Of a stretch of DNA of 64,000 nt, positions 1-8,532 are shown piece after piece. Position 1 is the stretch's first letter, and each line of letters begins with the position of its first letter. The translations under genes were made by a program, and so were the position numbers. The stretch is from a virus, in the IMG/VR virus record IMGVR_UViG_3300013233_000109, positions 1-64,000 of that record; one strand, given 5' to 3'. The notes beneath the pieces are model-generated. The model was not told where the DNA came from. It saw only the letters and a list, made by a program, of their open reading frames with translations, and did no database searches.

Positions 1-2
1 CA

Positions 3-167
3 CAACGTGGCGCATTCCGTGCTAATGAAATGGTTGTAGTAGGTACTACTTATGATCGCTTACTAGCATTTTTGAAGAGTGTACTGCCTGCAGCTGAAAC
101 TACAGAAGACGCAGATGGCACAGACGAAGCATCAGATGAAGTAGCAGACGACACAGCTGGAGAATAA
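3..167 (+). CDS. 3' end of a hypothetical phage protein (truncated by window edge)
   Basis: Open frame QRGAFRANEMVVVGTTYDRLLAFLK...AGE* ends at TAA 165-167, directly before the ATG at 169; acidic C-tail. Confidence 0.7.
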   Translation, partial: QRGAFRANEMVVVGTTYDRLLAFLKSVLPAAETTEDADGTDEASDEVADDTAGE

Positions 168-168
168 C

Positions 169-840
169 ATGGCGGCATTTGTTAAGCACATTGGAAAAAT
201 TCAAGACCGCAAGGTTGCGATTATTTATAGAAAGGTACCGGACGAAGACCATATGTGTCTAGTAGCGTACCCGGATACTTTGCCTAAAGCATTTCATGAT
301 GCTATTATGCAAGTAATCGAAAGCGCGCCGGGGCAACAAGCAACAGATTTATCAGATGCGTTGTTTCGCAATCTATTACCGGATGGTCGACCTATTTTGC
401 AAACAATGCATAATGAAGGTATGATCAAGAAAGTTAAAACTAACGAAGTAGTTGTTACCCCTAACGCTACTAGTCACGTTAGATTAGATGAGCTAAATTC
501 TATTATGGATTCTATGGAAGCAGGTGATGAAGCTAATAAGAAACTAGCTGATTTAGATGCGAATGCTGGCATGGAGAAGAATGTTGCTAATCAGATGTAT
601 AATTCTAGTGCTGATCTATCAGATGAAGGTATTGCTGCTGAACGTCTAGCACAATCTAATAAACTTGTAGCTGAGGCAGAAGCAATGATTGCTGAAAGTA
701 AACGCTTGCAAGCTGAAGCGTACGATCTTGACGCATCGCTAAAACCAAAGAAGGCTACTAAGAAGAAAACTGCCAAGAAGAAGGCTACTAAGAAGAAGGC
801 TACTGCTAAAAGTGCTAAAAGTGCTAAAGCTGCTGATTAA
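169..840 (+). CDS. Hypothetical phage protein with Lys/Ala-rich (histone H1-like) C-terminal tail
   Basis: 223-aa ORF, GGAG SD upstream; ends KPKKATKKKTAKKKATKKKATAKSAKSAKAAD. Confidence 0.8.
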   Translation: MAAFVKHIGKIQDRKVAIIYRKVPDEDHMCLVAYPDTLPKAFHDAIMQVIESAPGQQATDLSDALFRNLLPDGRPILQTMHNEGMIKKVKTNEVVVTPNATSHVRLDELNSIMDSMEAGDEANKKLADLDANAGMEKNVANQMYNSSADLSDEGIAAERLAQSNKLVAEAEAMIAESKRLQAEAYDLDASLKPKKATKKKTAKKKATKKKATAKSAKSAKAAD

Positions 841-1151
841 TGAGCATTATGTTAGATGAAATATATCTAGATCAATGGGAAGAAATCATCGGCGCGGTTG
901 ATAAGACGCATATTCCTATGCGCCTTATTAATCGTATTGCTATTAATACAGACACAGCTACTTCTGAAAATGAAATTAATGTAATGGATTTACGGCGACT
1001 AGGTTATGATGACGATCTTATTAAAGAGATTGTGTCAGAAACAATACTAGAACTAGACACCGCTAATACATTAGATTATTTCTTGGACGTAGATTATATT
1101 GCTAAAACCGCACAAGTTCACACAGATTTGATATTGCGTGAGCTGCATTGA
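840..1151 (+). CDS. Hypothetical acidic protein
   Basis: 103-aa ORF overlapping both neighbours (TAATG upstream, TTGA downstream). Confidence 0.75.
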   Translation: MSIMLDEIYLDQWEEIIGAVDKTHIPMRLINRIAINTDTATSENEINVMDLRRLGYDDDLIKEIVSETILELDTANTLDYFLDVDYIAKTAQVHTDLILRELH

Positions 1152-1612
1152 AGGCTATATTAGCTTGTGACAAACACGGGGGCATTGGACTAAACGGTTC
1201 AATGCCGTGGCCTAAGCAGAAGAAAGATTTGCAACGTTTTAAAGATCTTACACTAAACACACAGATTTTAATGGGAAGAGGGACGTGGGAAGCCACTGGC
1301 ATGCCTAAACCTTTACCTGATAGAACTAATGTAGTGCTTAGCAGACAAGATTTGAACTTACCGGAAAATGTTGAACAGATTAAATCACTGAGTGATTTAA
1401 ATGATTTGGCATTTTCTATTAATTGGGTTATAGGTGGGGCTAAGGTTTTTGAAAGTACATTTGACTTACTTGACGAAATTCACTTAACACACTTATACAA
1501 AGAATATGAATGCGATACTTATATCTCCATCGCTACTATCAAAGAACATTTTGAACTAGCATCGTCTACTATTTGCTTGACGCATGCTTACGAAATTTGG
1601 AAACGAAAATGA
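1148..1612 (+). CDS. folA: Dihydrofolate reductase
   Basis: Motifs GGIGLNGSMPW, DLQRFKDLT, MGRGTWE, PLPDRTNVVLSR, VIGGAKVF, CDTY. Confidence 0.95.
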   Translation: MKAILACDKHGGIGLNGSMPWPKQKKDLQRFKDLTLNTQILMGRGTWEATGMPKPLPDRTNVVLSRQDLNLPENVEQIKSLSDLNDLAFSINWVIGGAKVFESTFDLLDEIHLTHLYKEYECDTYISIATIKEHFELASSTICLTHAYEIWKRK

Positions 1613-2607
1613 AACAATACTTAAACGATCTCCGTACTATCTTACAACACGGTGAGAAACGCTCTACGCGGTCCGGCGATACTTTATCTATATTTGGATT
1701 ACAGACTCGATATAATCTCAAAGAACGATTTCCTGCTGTTACTACAAAAAAATTAGCATGGAAATCGGTAGTGGCGGAATTGCTGTGGTTCCTTGAAGGT
1801 AGCGGGGATGAGCGTCGGCTAGCGGAGATTTTACACGGTACTAGAGATAATAATAAAAAAACTATATGGACTGCTAACGTTAATGCTGATTATTGGAAGG
1901 GCGAAAATGGCGATGCTGGACGAATATATGGCGTACAATGGCGGAAGTGGCGGAGTACTAAACTATACGGTAAGTCTGAATCAGACGAGCTTATTCTAGG
2001 ACGACACGAATATATCGACCAAATCGCTAATCTCATTGAGGGGATTAAAACTGATCCTACAGGAAGACGGCATATAATTAGTGCGTGGAATCCTAGCGAT
2101 TTGGATAATATGGTGCTACCGCCTTGCCACGTGCTTTCGCAATTTTATGTGATGCCGTATACATTAGATCAGCGTATAACTATTTTTAAAGAATTATATC
2201 CTACTATTGGCACTGATTCTATTCAAAGCGGTTATGGCAATGTTGAGGATTTATTAGATGCGTATAATATACACAAGGGAAAACTAAGCTGCCAGATGTA
2301 TCAAAGATCCGGGGATTTTTTCTTGGGAATCCCGTTTAATTTAGCAAGTTATTCGCTATTAACGCATATGATTGCGCAAGTATGCGATCTCAATGTTGGT
2401 GAATTTATTCATACTATCGGGGATGCGCATATATATTGCAATCATATTACGCAAGTTAACGAGCAGCTAAATAGATCAGTGTACGACGATTTTGCTAGTG
2501 TACAGCTTAATCCAGATATTAAAGATATTAACGATTTTACTATGAATGATATTACATTGCGAAACTATAAGCATCATCCTGCTATTAAGGCAAGTATGGC
2601 GGTCTAG
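1609..2607 (+). CDS. thyA: Thymidylate synthase (start revised to ATG 1609, ATGA overlap with DHFR stop)
   Basis: Motifs ELLWFL, GRIYGVQWRKW, RRHIISAWNP, LPPCH, YQRSGDFFLGIPFN, HTIGDAHIY, C-terminal MAV. Confidence 0.97.
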   Translation: MKQYLNDLRTILQHGEKRSTRSGDTLSIFGLQTRYNLKERFPAVTTKKLAWKSVVAELLWFLEGSGDERRLAEILHGTRDNNKKTIWTANVNADYWKGENGDAGRIYGVQWRKWRSTKLYGKSESDELILGRHEYIDQIANLIEGIKTDPTGRRHIISAWNPSDLDNMVLPPCHVLSQFYVMPYTLDQRITIFKELYPTIGTDSIQSGYGNVEDLLDAYNIHKGKLSCQMYQRSGDFFLGIPFNLASYSLLTHMIAQVCDLNVGEFIHTIGDAHIYCNHITQVNEQLNRSVYDDFASVQLNPDIKDINDFTMNDITLRNYKHHPAIKASMAV

Positions 2608-2657
2608 TAAGTTATTGATTTATATAGGGTTATTGCTAAATGCGAATAATTAACATC

Positions 2658-2698
2658 AACCACTAAGTCTTTGAATTTAAAGGATTTAGTGGTTTTTT
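2658..2698 (+). terminator. Intrinsic terminator after thyA, between convergent operons
   Basis: AACCACTAAGTCTTT-loop-AAAGGATTTAGTGGTT stem (G.U pairs on + strand) followed by a T-run. Confidence 0.8.
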
Positions 2699-2752
2699 AT
2701 TTCGCTGTAGAAATGTTTTGTGTGTGTTGACACGTTTAACTGCACGGTACCG

Positions 2753-4342
2753 CTAGTTATACTTATTATCGTAATAATCGTTAAGCCATTTCCACTCGTA
2801 TGTTTTAAACAATTCTTTTTCATCTCCGTTAACTTTTTTGTAGTATTCCATCGCGTCAGTATATCCATTATACGTCCAGTTGTGATGAGTTGTCTTAGAC
2901 CATTTTAATAAGTGATATTCGGCTTCGGTATTACCCTTAGCTGTAGATGTTGCTGCTACTAATTTGATCACTTCGCGGAATGCGGTTCGCCATGCAGCCC
3001 ACGGTTCGTCGGCATAATTTACTGTTCCTGATAACAATGGTACTACTGTATGTTCTTGTGCTAAACTAAAGTCTATACCTTTGCCGGTATGCTGCAGTAC
3101 TAAATTTTTATTGAAACAAATCATACCCATGTGGCCGTATGTGTCATCTGTTATTGGATTATACGCATTAAATATATAATGTTTTGACTGTTGCAATCTA
3201 TCTGGCTGCCATTCCCAGTTGAAGTCATCACTTACTTTTAACTTAGCATAAGCAATAAAGAACCACGGAGTCGTTGCTTTCTTTGCGCATGCTATATAAG
3301 CTGCCAATCGCCCAGTGACATTACTTACTTGATGTACTATATTAGCACTATCTTCTGTGATACTTAATAGATGACGGTAATGATCATCGGCGTTGGATTC
3401 GCCGTTGCTCATAAACACAATGTCCATTGGCTTGTCATTATACGTTTCTCCGTATATCTTGTTAATATACGGATGATCGTATATTTCGCACTTAATACTA
3501 GTTAACGCATCCTTAGGCACAATCACTGTACTGCCACTTTTGCTTAGCGGAGTAACTGCTCTTGTTTCGCGACGCCATAGATTTACTGTTGGTAAATTCT
3601 TGAACTCGTTGCGATCTTCTATTGTGCTAGTGTATATAGCTAGTGGACCTTTGAAATAAATTTCAGGTACCGCTTCGGCATTTGTATCGTACTGATGCAA
3701 TATAACAGGAGGTTTGAATCTAGGTACTACAGTATCTTGAAAACATATTGTATCGTACCATTCTAATAATTCTGCTTGTGCTATCTGCTTATTAAATTCT
3801 GCTACGTTTACGAAAAATGTATCACCGAATTTTTGCTCGTTGCTAGGGAATACGTGAAGCATTTTATCTTGCCATTCGCTTGGATGCCAAGTGAAATCAA
3901 ACTCGCTGTAATCGCATACCGAATTTATTATCCATATATAATCTTCTGTGGATTTTGATACTATACGTTTTAATGTGCCTAGGTAATCATTAACAAATCG
4001 TGTTTTTGACACTGTGTAAGCGTCTGTAAGCCGAGATAACTGGTCATTTAGCTCTTGATTATCGTGATCTATGTATACTATATTATATGGCGTTGTGCGT
4101 GGTACCACTGGATGCGAATAATTCTTATCTGTTGCTTCGTGTTTAGGTACTAGTGTTGTTCTACTATTTTCTTGGTGCTGACTTGGCCATATGTGTACTT
4201 GCTGCGATTCCCATGGTGGTGGTTCCCATAGTAAATCAAATTCGCTGTAGTCGTTGTGATTATCTAATATCCAGCAGAAGCGTGTCCTGGATTGTGACCT
4301 TGCTTCTTCTATGGTGGTTGGGTGGTAAAATATATCAAACAT
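2753..4342 (-). CDS. Glycosyltransferase(GT-A)-like protein with internally repeated modules
   Basis: C-terminal domain (MDIVFMSNGE...AWRTAFREVIKL) is paralogous to 16101-17024; the DYSEFD..W.P..W module recurs. Confidence 0.55.
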   Translation of the reverse strand: MFDIFYHPTTIEEARSQSRTRFCWILDNHNDYSEFDLLWEPPPWESQQVHIWPSQHQENSRTTLVPKHEATDKNYSHPVVPRTTPYNIVYIDHDNQELNDQLSRLTDAYTVSKTRFVNDYLGTLKRIVSKSTEDYIWIINSVCDYSEFDFTWHPSEWQDKMLHVFPSNEQKFGDTFFVNVAEFNKQIAQAELLEWYDTICFQDTVVPRFKPPVILHQYDTNAEAVPEIYFKGPLAIYTSTIEDRNEFKNLPTVNLWRRETRAVTPLSKSGSTVIVPKDALTSIKCEIYDHPYINKIYGETYNDKPMDIVFMSNGESNADDHYRHLLSITEDSANIVHQVSNVTGRLAAYIACAKKATTPWFFIAYAKLKVSDDFNWEWQPDRLQQSKHYIFNAYNPITDDTYGHMGMICFNKNLVLQHTGKGIDFSLAQEHTVVPLLSGTVNYADEPWAAWRTAFREVIKLVAATSTAKGNTEAEYHLLKWSKTTHHNWTYNGYTDAMEYYKKVNGDEKELFKTYEWKWLNDYYDNKYN

Positions 4343-5859
4343 TACGAAATAGCCGTGAATACTTTAACACCGTATTCTTTTTCAAAGCGTTTAGCATCAC
4401 TGCGATCATTTACCATTGGTTCACCTCTTATGTTTAGTGACGTATTTAATAAAATTGGACATCCTGTTTCTTTGTACCATGCTTCTAGTAGCTTCCTAAT
4501 ATCGCTGCCGTCATCTTGTACTGTTTGTACTCTACTAGTAAAATCCTCATGCACTACAGCCGGGAATTGATCCGGCTTGCGACATTTAGCAGTCACTTGC
4601 ATATAATCACTATCGCTAAATCCTCTGGGCATAATAAAATATTCATGCACATGCTCAGCTAAAATCATTGGAGCAAATGGTCGGAACTTTTGCCTGCGTT
4701 TAATCTCGTTTACTTGATCTTTAATCTCATCGCCGCGCGGATCTGCTAACAGCGATCTGTTACCTAGCGCACGTGGTCCGAATTCTGCTTTCCCTGATGC
4801 TACACCTGCGATTTTATGTTCTTTTAGGTGCTCTACTATTTTATCCACTGGCAATTTACTACCAATGTTATACCCGTGAAATGCATTGTTCCAGTTTATT
4901 TTCTTACCATATGCTAGTGCTGCTGCGCCTAAGCTAGAACCTGCATCGCCTGGATTAGGCATTATCCATATATTATTGTAGTACTTTCCGATTAGTCTGT
5001 TAGCACTACAATTCAATGCTACTCCGCCCATGAATACTAAATTGCCACTAATATCATAATGTTTTGATTTCGCGATTACATTACTAATCATTTGTTCGAC
5101 TACATATTGCGCGCCGGCTGCTACATCAAATTCGTTAATATTTTCATCTTGTAGCGATTCTATACCGATGTGTAAATTATCATTGAACGTAGGTGGATCC
5201 ATTGTATCTACTAGATCTCTTAGTATTTTATTAGCGGACCGGTCGACTTTTCCATATGCTGCCATTCCCATTAAAATATATTCTTCATCAAGGGGGCGGA
5301 GTCCTACAGATTTTGTAACCGCACTGTAGAATAATCCTATGCTGTTAGGGTATTTTTGACTCCACATTTTTTTATACTGTGCGAACCCATCTTTATTGTA
5401 ATGTGCCTGCCATATGCTGATTGTATCCATTTCGCCAATGGCATCAATTACTACTACTGTAGCAGCACTATATTTACTAGTCTGGAATCCTGCTGCTGCG
5501 TGTGATTTGTGATGCGTGTAACTTACTACTTTTGAATTATCTAGTAGGCGACGATGATCTACGAAATGTTCTTTTAATGTTGTGCGGAGTGTTAGATGTT
5601 TATCCACTTCTTGCCCAGCACGTAATTGTCTCCACTTTTTTAACCAGTGATTTTCGTAATATGCTATAGTACCTATTTGGCCTAACGAATTAGCATATGA
5701 TATTATTTCGCTACCTACCTCTGGATCGTGCTTCTTTTTTGTAAATCGTTCGCTGTGACTAGCGAATACAATATCCCCTGTGTTAGGATTTATTACTGTA
5801 ATACCGGCATCATGGTAGCCGGCACTGATTCCTAGAATATTTTTTTTAGAAATGGTCAT
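4342..5859 (-). CDS. O-carbamoyltransferase (NodU/CmcH/TobZ family)
   Basis: Motifs ILGISAGYHDAG, HHKSHAA, VIDAIGE, MGMAAYG, GGVALNC, GDAGSSLG, EFGPRALGNRS, KRRQKFRPFAP, LLNTSLN. Confidence 0.93.
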   Translation of the reverse strand: MTISKKNILGISAGYHDAGITVINPNTGDIVFASHSERFTKKKHDPEVGSEIISYANSLGQIGTIAYYENHWLKKWRQLRAGQEVDKHLTLRTTLKEHFVDHRRLLDNSKVVSYTHHKSHAAAGFQTSKYSAATVVVIDAIGEMDTISIWQAHYNKDGFAQYKKMWSQKYPNSIGLFYSAVTKSVGLRPLDEEYILMGMAAYGKVDRSANKILRDLVDTMDPPTFNDNLHIGIESLQDENINEFDVAAGAQYVVEQMISNVIAKSKHYDISGNLVFMGGVALNCSANRLIGKYYNNIWIMPNPGDAGSSLGAAALAYGKKINWNNAFHGYNIGSKLPVDKIVEHLKEHKIAGVASGKAEFGPRALGNRSLLADPRGDEIKDQVNEIKRRQKFRPFAPMILAEHVHEYFIMPRGFSDSDYMQVTAKCRKPDQFPAVVHEDFTSRVQTVQDDGSDIRKLLEAWYKETGCPILLNTSLNIRGEPMVNDRSDAKRFEKEYGVKVFTAIS

Positions 5860-6025
5860 CTCTGTTTTTTAAATCCTTTATTATTGTTTCTCTCTCAGTG
5901 TCGGTTATATTTAACCACTGTGCTACTTCAGTTTTAGTGCGTTTACATCCGACGCAATATCCGGTGCGAATGTCAATGCGGCATAATCCTATACACGGTG
6001 AGGTTTCTAGTGCATGCGGCATCAT
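5846..6025 (-). CDS. DUF1289-like small Cys-rich (predicted Fe-S) protein, 59 aa, absent from the ORF track
   Basis: Hand translation MMPHALETSPCIGLCRIDIRTGYCVGCKRTKTEVAQWLNITDTERETIIKDLKNRDDHF*; SPCxxxC...CxGCxRT..E..W pattern; overlaps both neighbours. Confidence 0.8.
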   Translation of the reverse strand: MMPHALETSPCIGLCRIDIRTGYCVGCKRTKTEVAQWLNITDTERETIIKDLKNRDDHF

Positions 6026-6141
6026 CGGTACGTAAATGGATCGCGCTTCTTGAGCTCTTTGAGTTTCTTTCTGTAGCGTAATTCTAGTTTAATTTTTCTA
6101 TAAAGTTTTGCTATTGGATTGTTTTTCCATATGTTTTTCAT
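6022..6141 (-). CDS. 39-aa basic peptide, absent from the ORF track
   Basis: MKNIWKNNPIAKLYRKIKLELRYRKKLKELKKRDPFTYR*; ATGA overlaps at both ends imply translational coupling. Confidence 0.7.
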   Translation of the reverse strand: MKNIWKNNPIAKLYRKIKLELRYRKKLKELKKRDPFTYR

Positions 6142-7241
6142 TTTGCTAGTGCCTCAATTTGTTGTTCTTTGTAATCACTGTCGCTCCAGTGATATGGATA
6201 TTCTGCGTAATTATCTTTAGTTTTTATACTACTTACATCTAAGTATTTAAACAATTTCTCCCATATTATAGAATAATCAGTAGTGCCAAATGAACGTTCT
6301 AAATCTACTTGGCCTACTTGCGGGTGACCTATTGTTAGCGATTTATCATCTGGATCAAATCCGTTGTTAATTAACCATTTTTTAAAGTTAGCTAATTCAG
6401 TTTTCATGAATTCGTATTCGCCTGGGTTATTGGCCCATTCAATATCAAAGTCACCAGCGGCTTCGGTTTGCGAGCTCAATGTTGTAGTAGTTAATTTGTC
6501 TATATCTTGGCCTTCTTCATCCTGAAATACCTCCCAGTGATGTTTGCCAATTGCTTTGTTTACGCCAACAAACACACCGCCTAGTGGTCTAGCTAAGGTA
6601 TCTACTCCGAATGATTCGTAATCTGATTCTGTTAACTTAAACCGCGGTGCTTGTAAATAACACATTAACTGACTTGGACGCATCCATTCAGGCGCATATT
6701 CTTTCTTGCGATAGCTTAACGCCCAGGATTCAAATTCGTGGCATAATAGATTTAATTGCCTAATGTTCCATTTTGTGTTTGCATCTGCGTTATTATAGAA
6801 TACTGACATATTATTGCTTGTTCCTTGCAAATCTTCAAAGTATTTGTGTAACTGATTCATCTTATCGTGTACTAGTTTGCGGCCGGGCAGTCCGTCGCCG
6901 ATAGCACCGTTGTGATCTTGTATACAGTTTTCCATACTAAAATGATCATCTATTGAATATCCCAAGTCTGCGTTGTTTATGGCATCGCATGTGACGTTCA
7001 TTTGTGCTGTTAGCATTTCTCCATTGCGGGCGTACTCTGGAATGCCGAAAAATTGATAGTTTTTTTCTAAGTGTAGCTTATTTTTAATAATATCGTTAAA
7101 CGCATTGTACCATTTTACGCTCAGTGGATCAGTGTATACGTCAATATACACTGGCATTGTTTCGCTAGTGTCTCTATTTTTTAACGTCATTACTATTGTA
7201 TCAGTTAATTCCTTGGTACCATTCATGTGCTTCGCTGTCAT
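6138..7241 (-). CDS. Hypothetical protein in the radical-SAM operon
   Basis: 367-aa ORF overlapping neighbours; His/Glu motifs LHKYFE, LCHEFE, GKHHWEVFQDE. Exact start uncertain. Confidence 0.75.
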   Translation of the reverse strand: MTAKHMNGTKELTDTIVMTLKNRDTSETMPVYIDVYTDPLSVKWYNAFNDIIKNKLHLEKNYQFFGIPEYARNGEMLTAQMNVTCDAINNADLGYSIDDHFSMENCIQDHNGAIGDGLPGRKLVHDKMNQLHKYFEDLQGTSNNMSVFYNNADANTKWNIRQLNLLCHEFESWALSYRKKEYAPEWMRPSQLMCYLQAPRFKLTESDYESFGVDTLARPLGGVFVGVNKAIGKHHWEVFQDEEGQDIDKLTTTTLSSQTEAAGDFDIEWANNPGEYEFMKTELANFKKWLINNGFDPDDKSLTIGHPQVGQVDLERSFGTTDYSIIWEKLFKYLDVSSIKTKDNYAEYPYHWSDSDYKEQQIEALAK

Positions 7242-8532
7242 TGTCTTTTAATATCTCTGCTAATGTGCTGTCGCCTGGGCGGATTGCTTCTATTTTTTCT
7301 ATACGTGTCTTGCCTTTTATTGCACCTGCTTTATATGTATCGCTAAATTCTTCCTCGAACACAGGGCGGCTCCACAAATTATTCATCATATCTATTATTG
7401 ACTGCTGCTTGCTAGAATATCCTTTGGCATTGGCATAATCTAAGAACTCTTTAATTATACGATGTAATATGCTTTTGGGCAATGATAATGGTGACATTAA
7501 TATATCTGGGCCAAATGCGAACGTTATCTTGCTTAATATTGTAGTGTTTAATTCCTTGGATAGATTAAACATATTTTTTAACTCGAATAATCCTGGCAAT
7601 GTTAACGTAAAATCTAATCGCATTTTACGAGGGTGGCCATTACTTAATTCTTGCCCTTGTTTGTAATATGCTAGGAACTGATTGTAATCTAGTCCTGTTC
7701 TAATGTACTCTCCTATTTTGCCCGTGCCGTCGATGCTAGCACATATCTGCCAATCTCGTATATTTGGTAATATGTCTGTGAATAAATTAGTGCCTTTGTA
7801 TTCTATTCTTGATAAATTAGTATTATAACGTGCGTATACTTTGTGTCCGTCATTTAATTCTACAATGCGATTCATATACTTCCAGTGCTGCTCGAACATC
7901 AAGGGCTCGCCGCCTACCCAGTATATTTCCTCAATGCGATGTTCCTCTACGGCGTTGCTGAATTCTTGTTCGATCTGATTGTCTTGAAACGTTGATATTT
8001 TTTTGCGAACGTCGGGCTTCATCCAGTTATTTTTTGGATTATCGTAATTAATCATGCCGTGCTTGCGTTGCTCACTTTCCCAGGAGCTACTTAGCATATC
8101 CCCGCATTGGCGGCATTTGAAGTTGCATAGATTACTAAAGCGATAATCCCAGCTCACTGTTTTTAGTGTTGTGTATCCGTGTTCGTTCGTGTTATCCCAT
8201 ATACTATCGTATTTGTGATTAAATAGTCTATCAAAATATGTCCGGTAAACGTCAGTGTTAAGTAGTTTGTCATTGCATACTTCGCACTCTGACAATGTCT
8301 CACCTGCCATCATGCGCTTGCGTACTGATTTCATGTGCTCGCTGTTCCAGTGTTCCTCTAGCGATTGCGGATTGTATTGCCCGGTGCCTGTTGCGGTGTC
8401 TATGTACTGCTCGAATGATTGCGCTGGCTCACGTGACGCGCAACACATTCTGCGCTCTGTTTGTGGTGAGAGATAGGTGTGTGTCCACGGTGCTAGACAT
8501 AATGTTGATGGCTTATCTAGGGGCTTTTTCAT
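7201..8532 (-). CDS. Radical SAM protein with N-terminal SPASM/twitch-like domain (type A)
   Basis: CLAPW, MCC, ECEVC; SNLCNFKCRQC (CxxxCxxC); GGEPL; YNTN. Confidence 0.9.
   Translation of the reverse strand: MKKPLDKPSTLCLAPWTHTYLSPQTERRMCCASREPAQSFEQYIDTATGTGQYNPQSLEEHWNSEHMKSVRKRMMAGETLSECEVCNDKLLNTDVYRTYFDRLFNHKYDSIWDNTNEHGYTTLKTVSWDYRFSNLCNFKCRQCGDMLSSSWESEQRKHGMINYDNPKNNWMKPDVRKKISTFQDNQIEQEFSNAVEEHRIEEIYWVGGEPLMFEQHWKYMNRIVELNDGHKVYARYNTNLSRIEYKGTNLFTDILPNIRDWQICASIDGTGKIGEYIRTGLDYNQFLAYYKQGQELSNGHPRKMRLDFTLTLPGLFELKNMFNLSKELNTTILSKITFAFGPDILMSPLSLPKSILHRIIKEFLDYANAKGYSSKQQSIIDMMNNLWSRPVFEEEFSDTYKAGAIKGKTRIEKIEAIRPGDSTLAEILKDNDSEAHEWYQGIN

Noticed and set aside
1609-2607. ThyA as a dCMP hydroxymethylase feeding carbamoylated cytosine
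   Set aside because: It keeps the dUMP-specifying Asn (GIPFN), canonical ThyA motifs and an adjacent DHFR. A hydroxymethylase elsewhere in the genome cannot be excluded.
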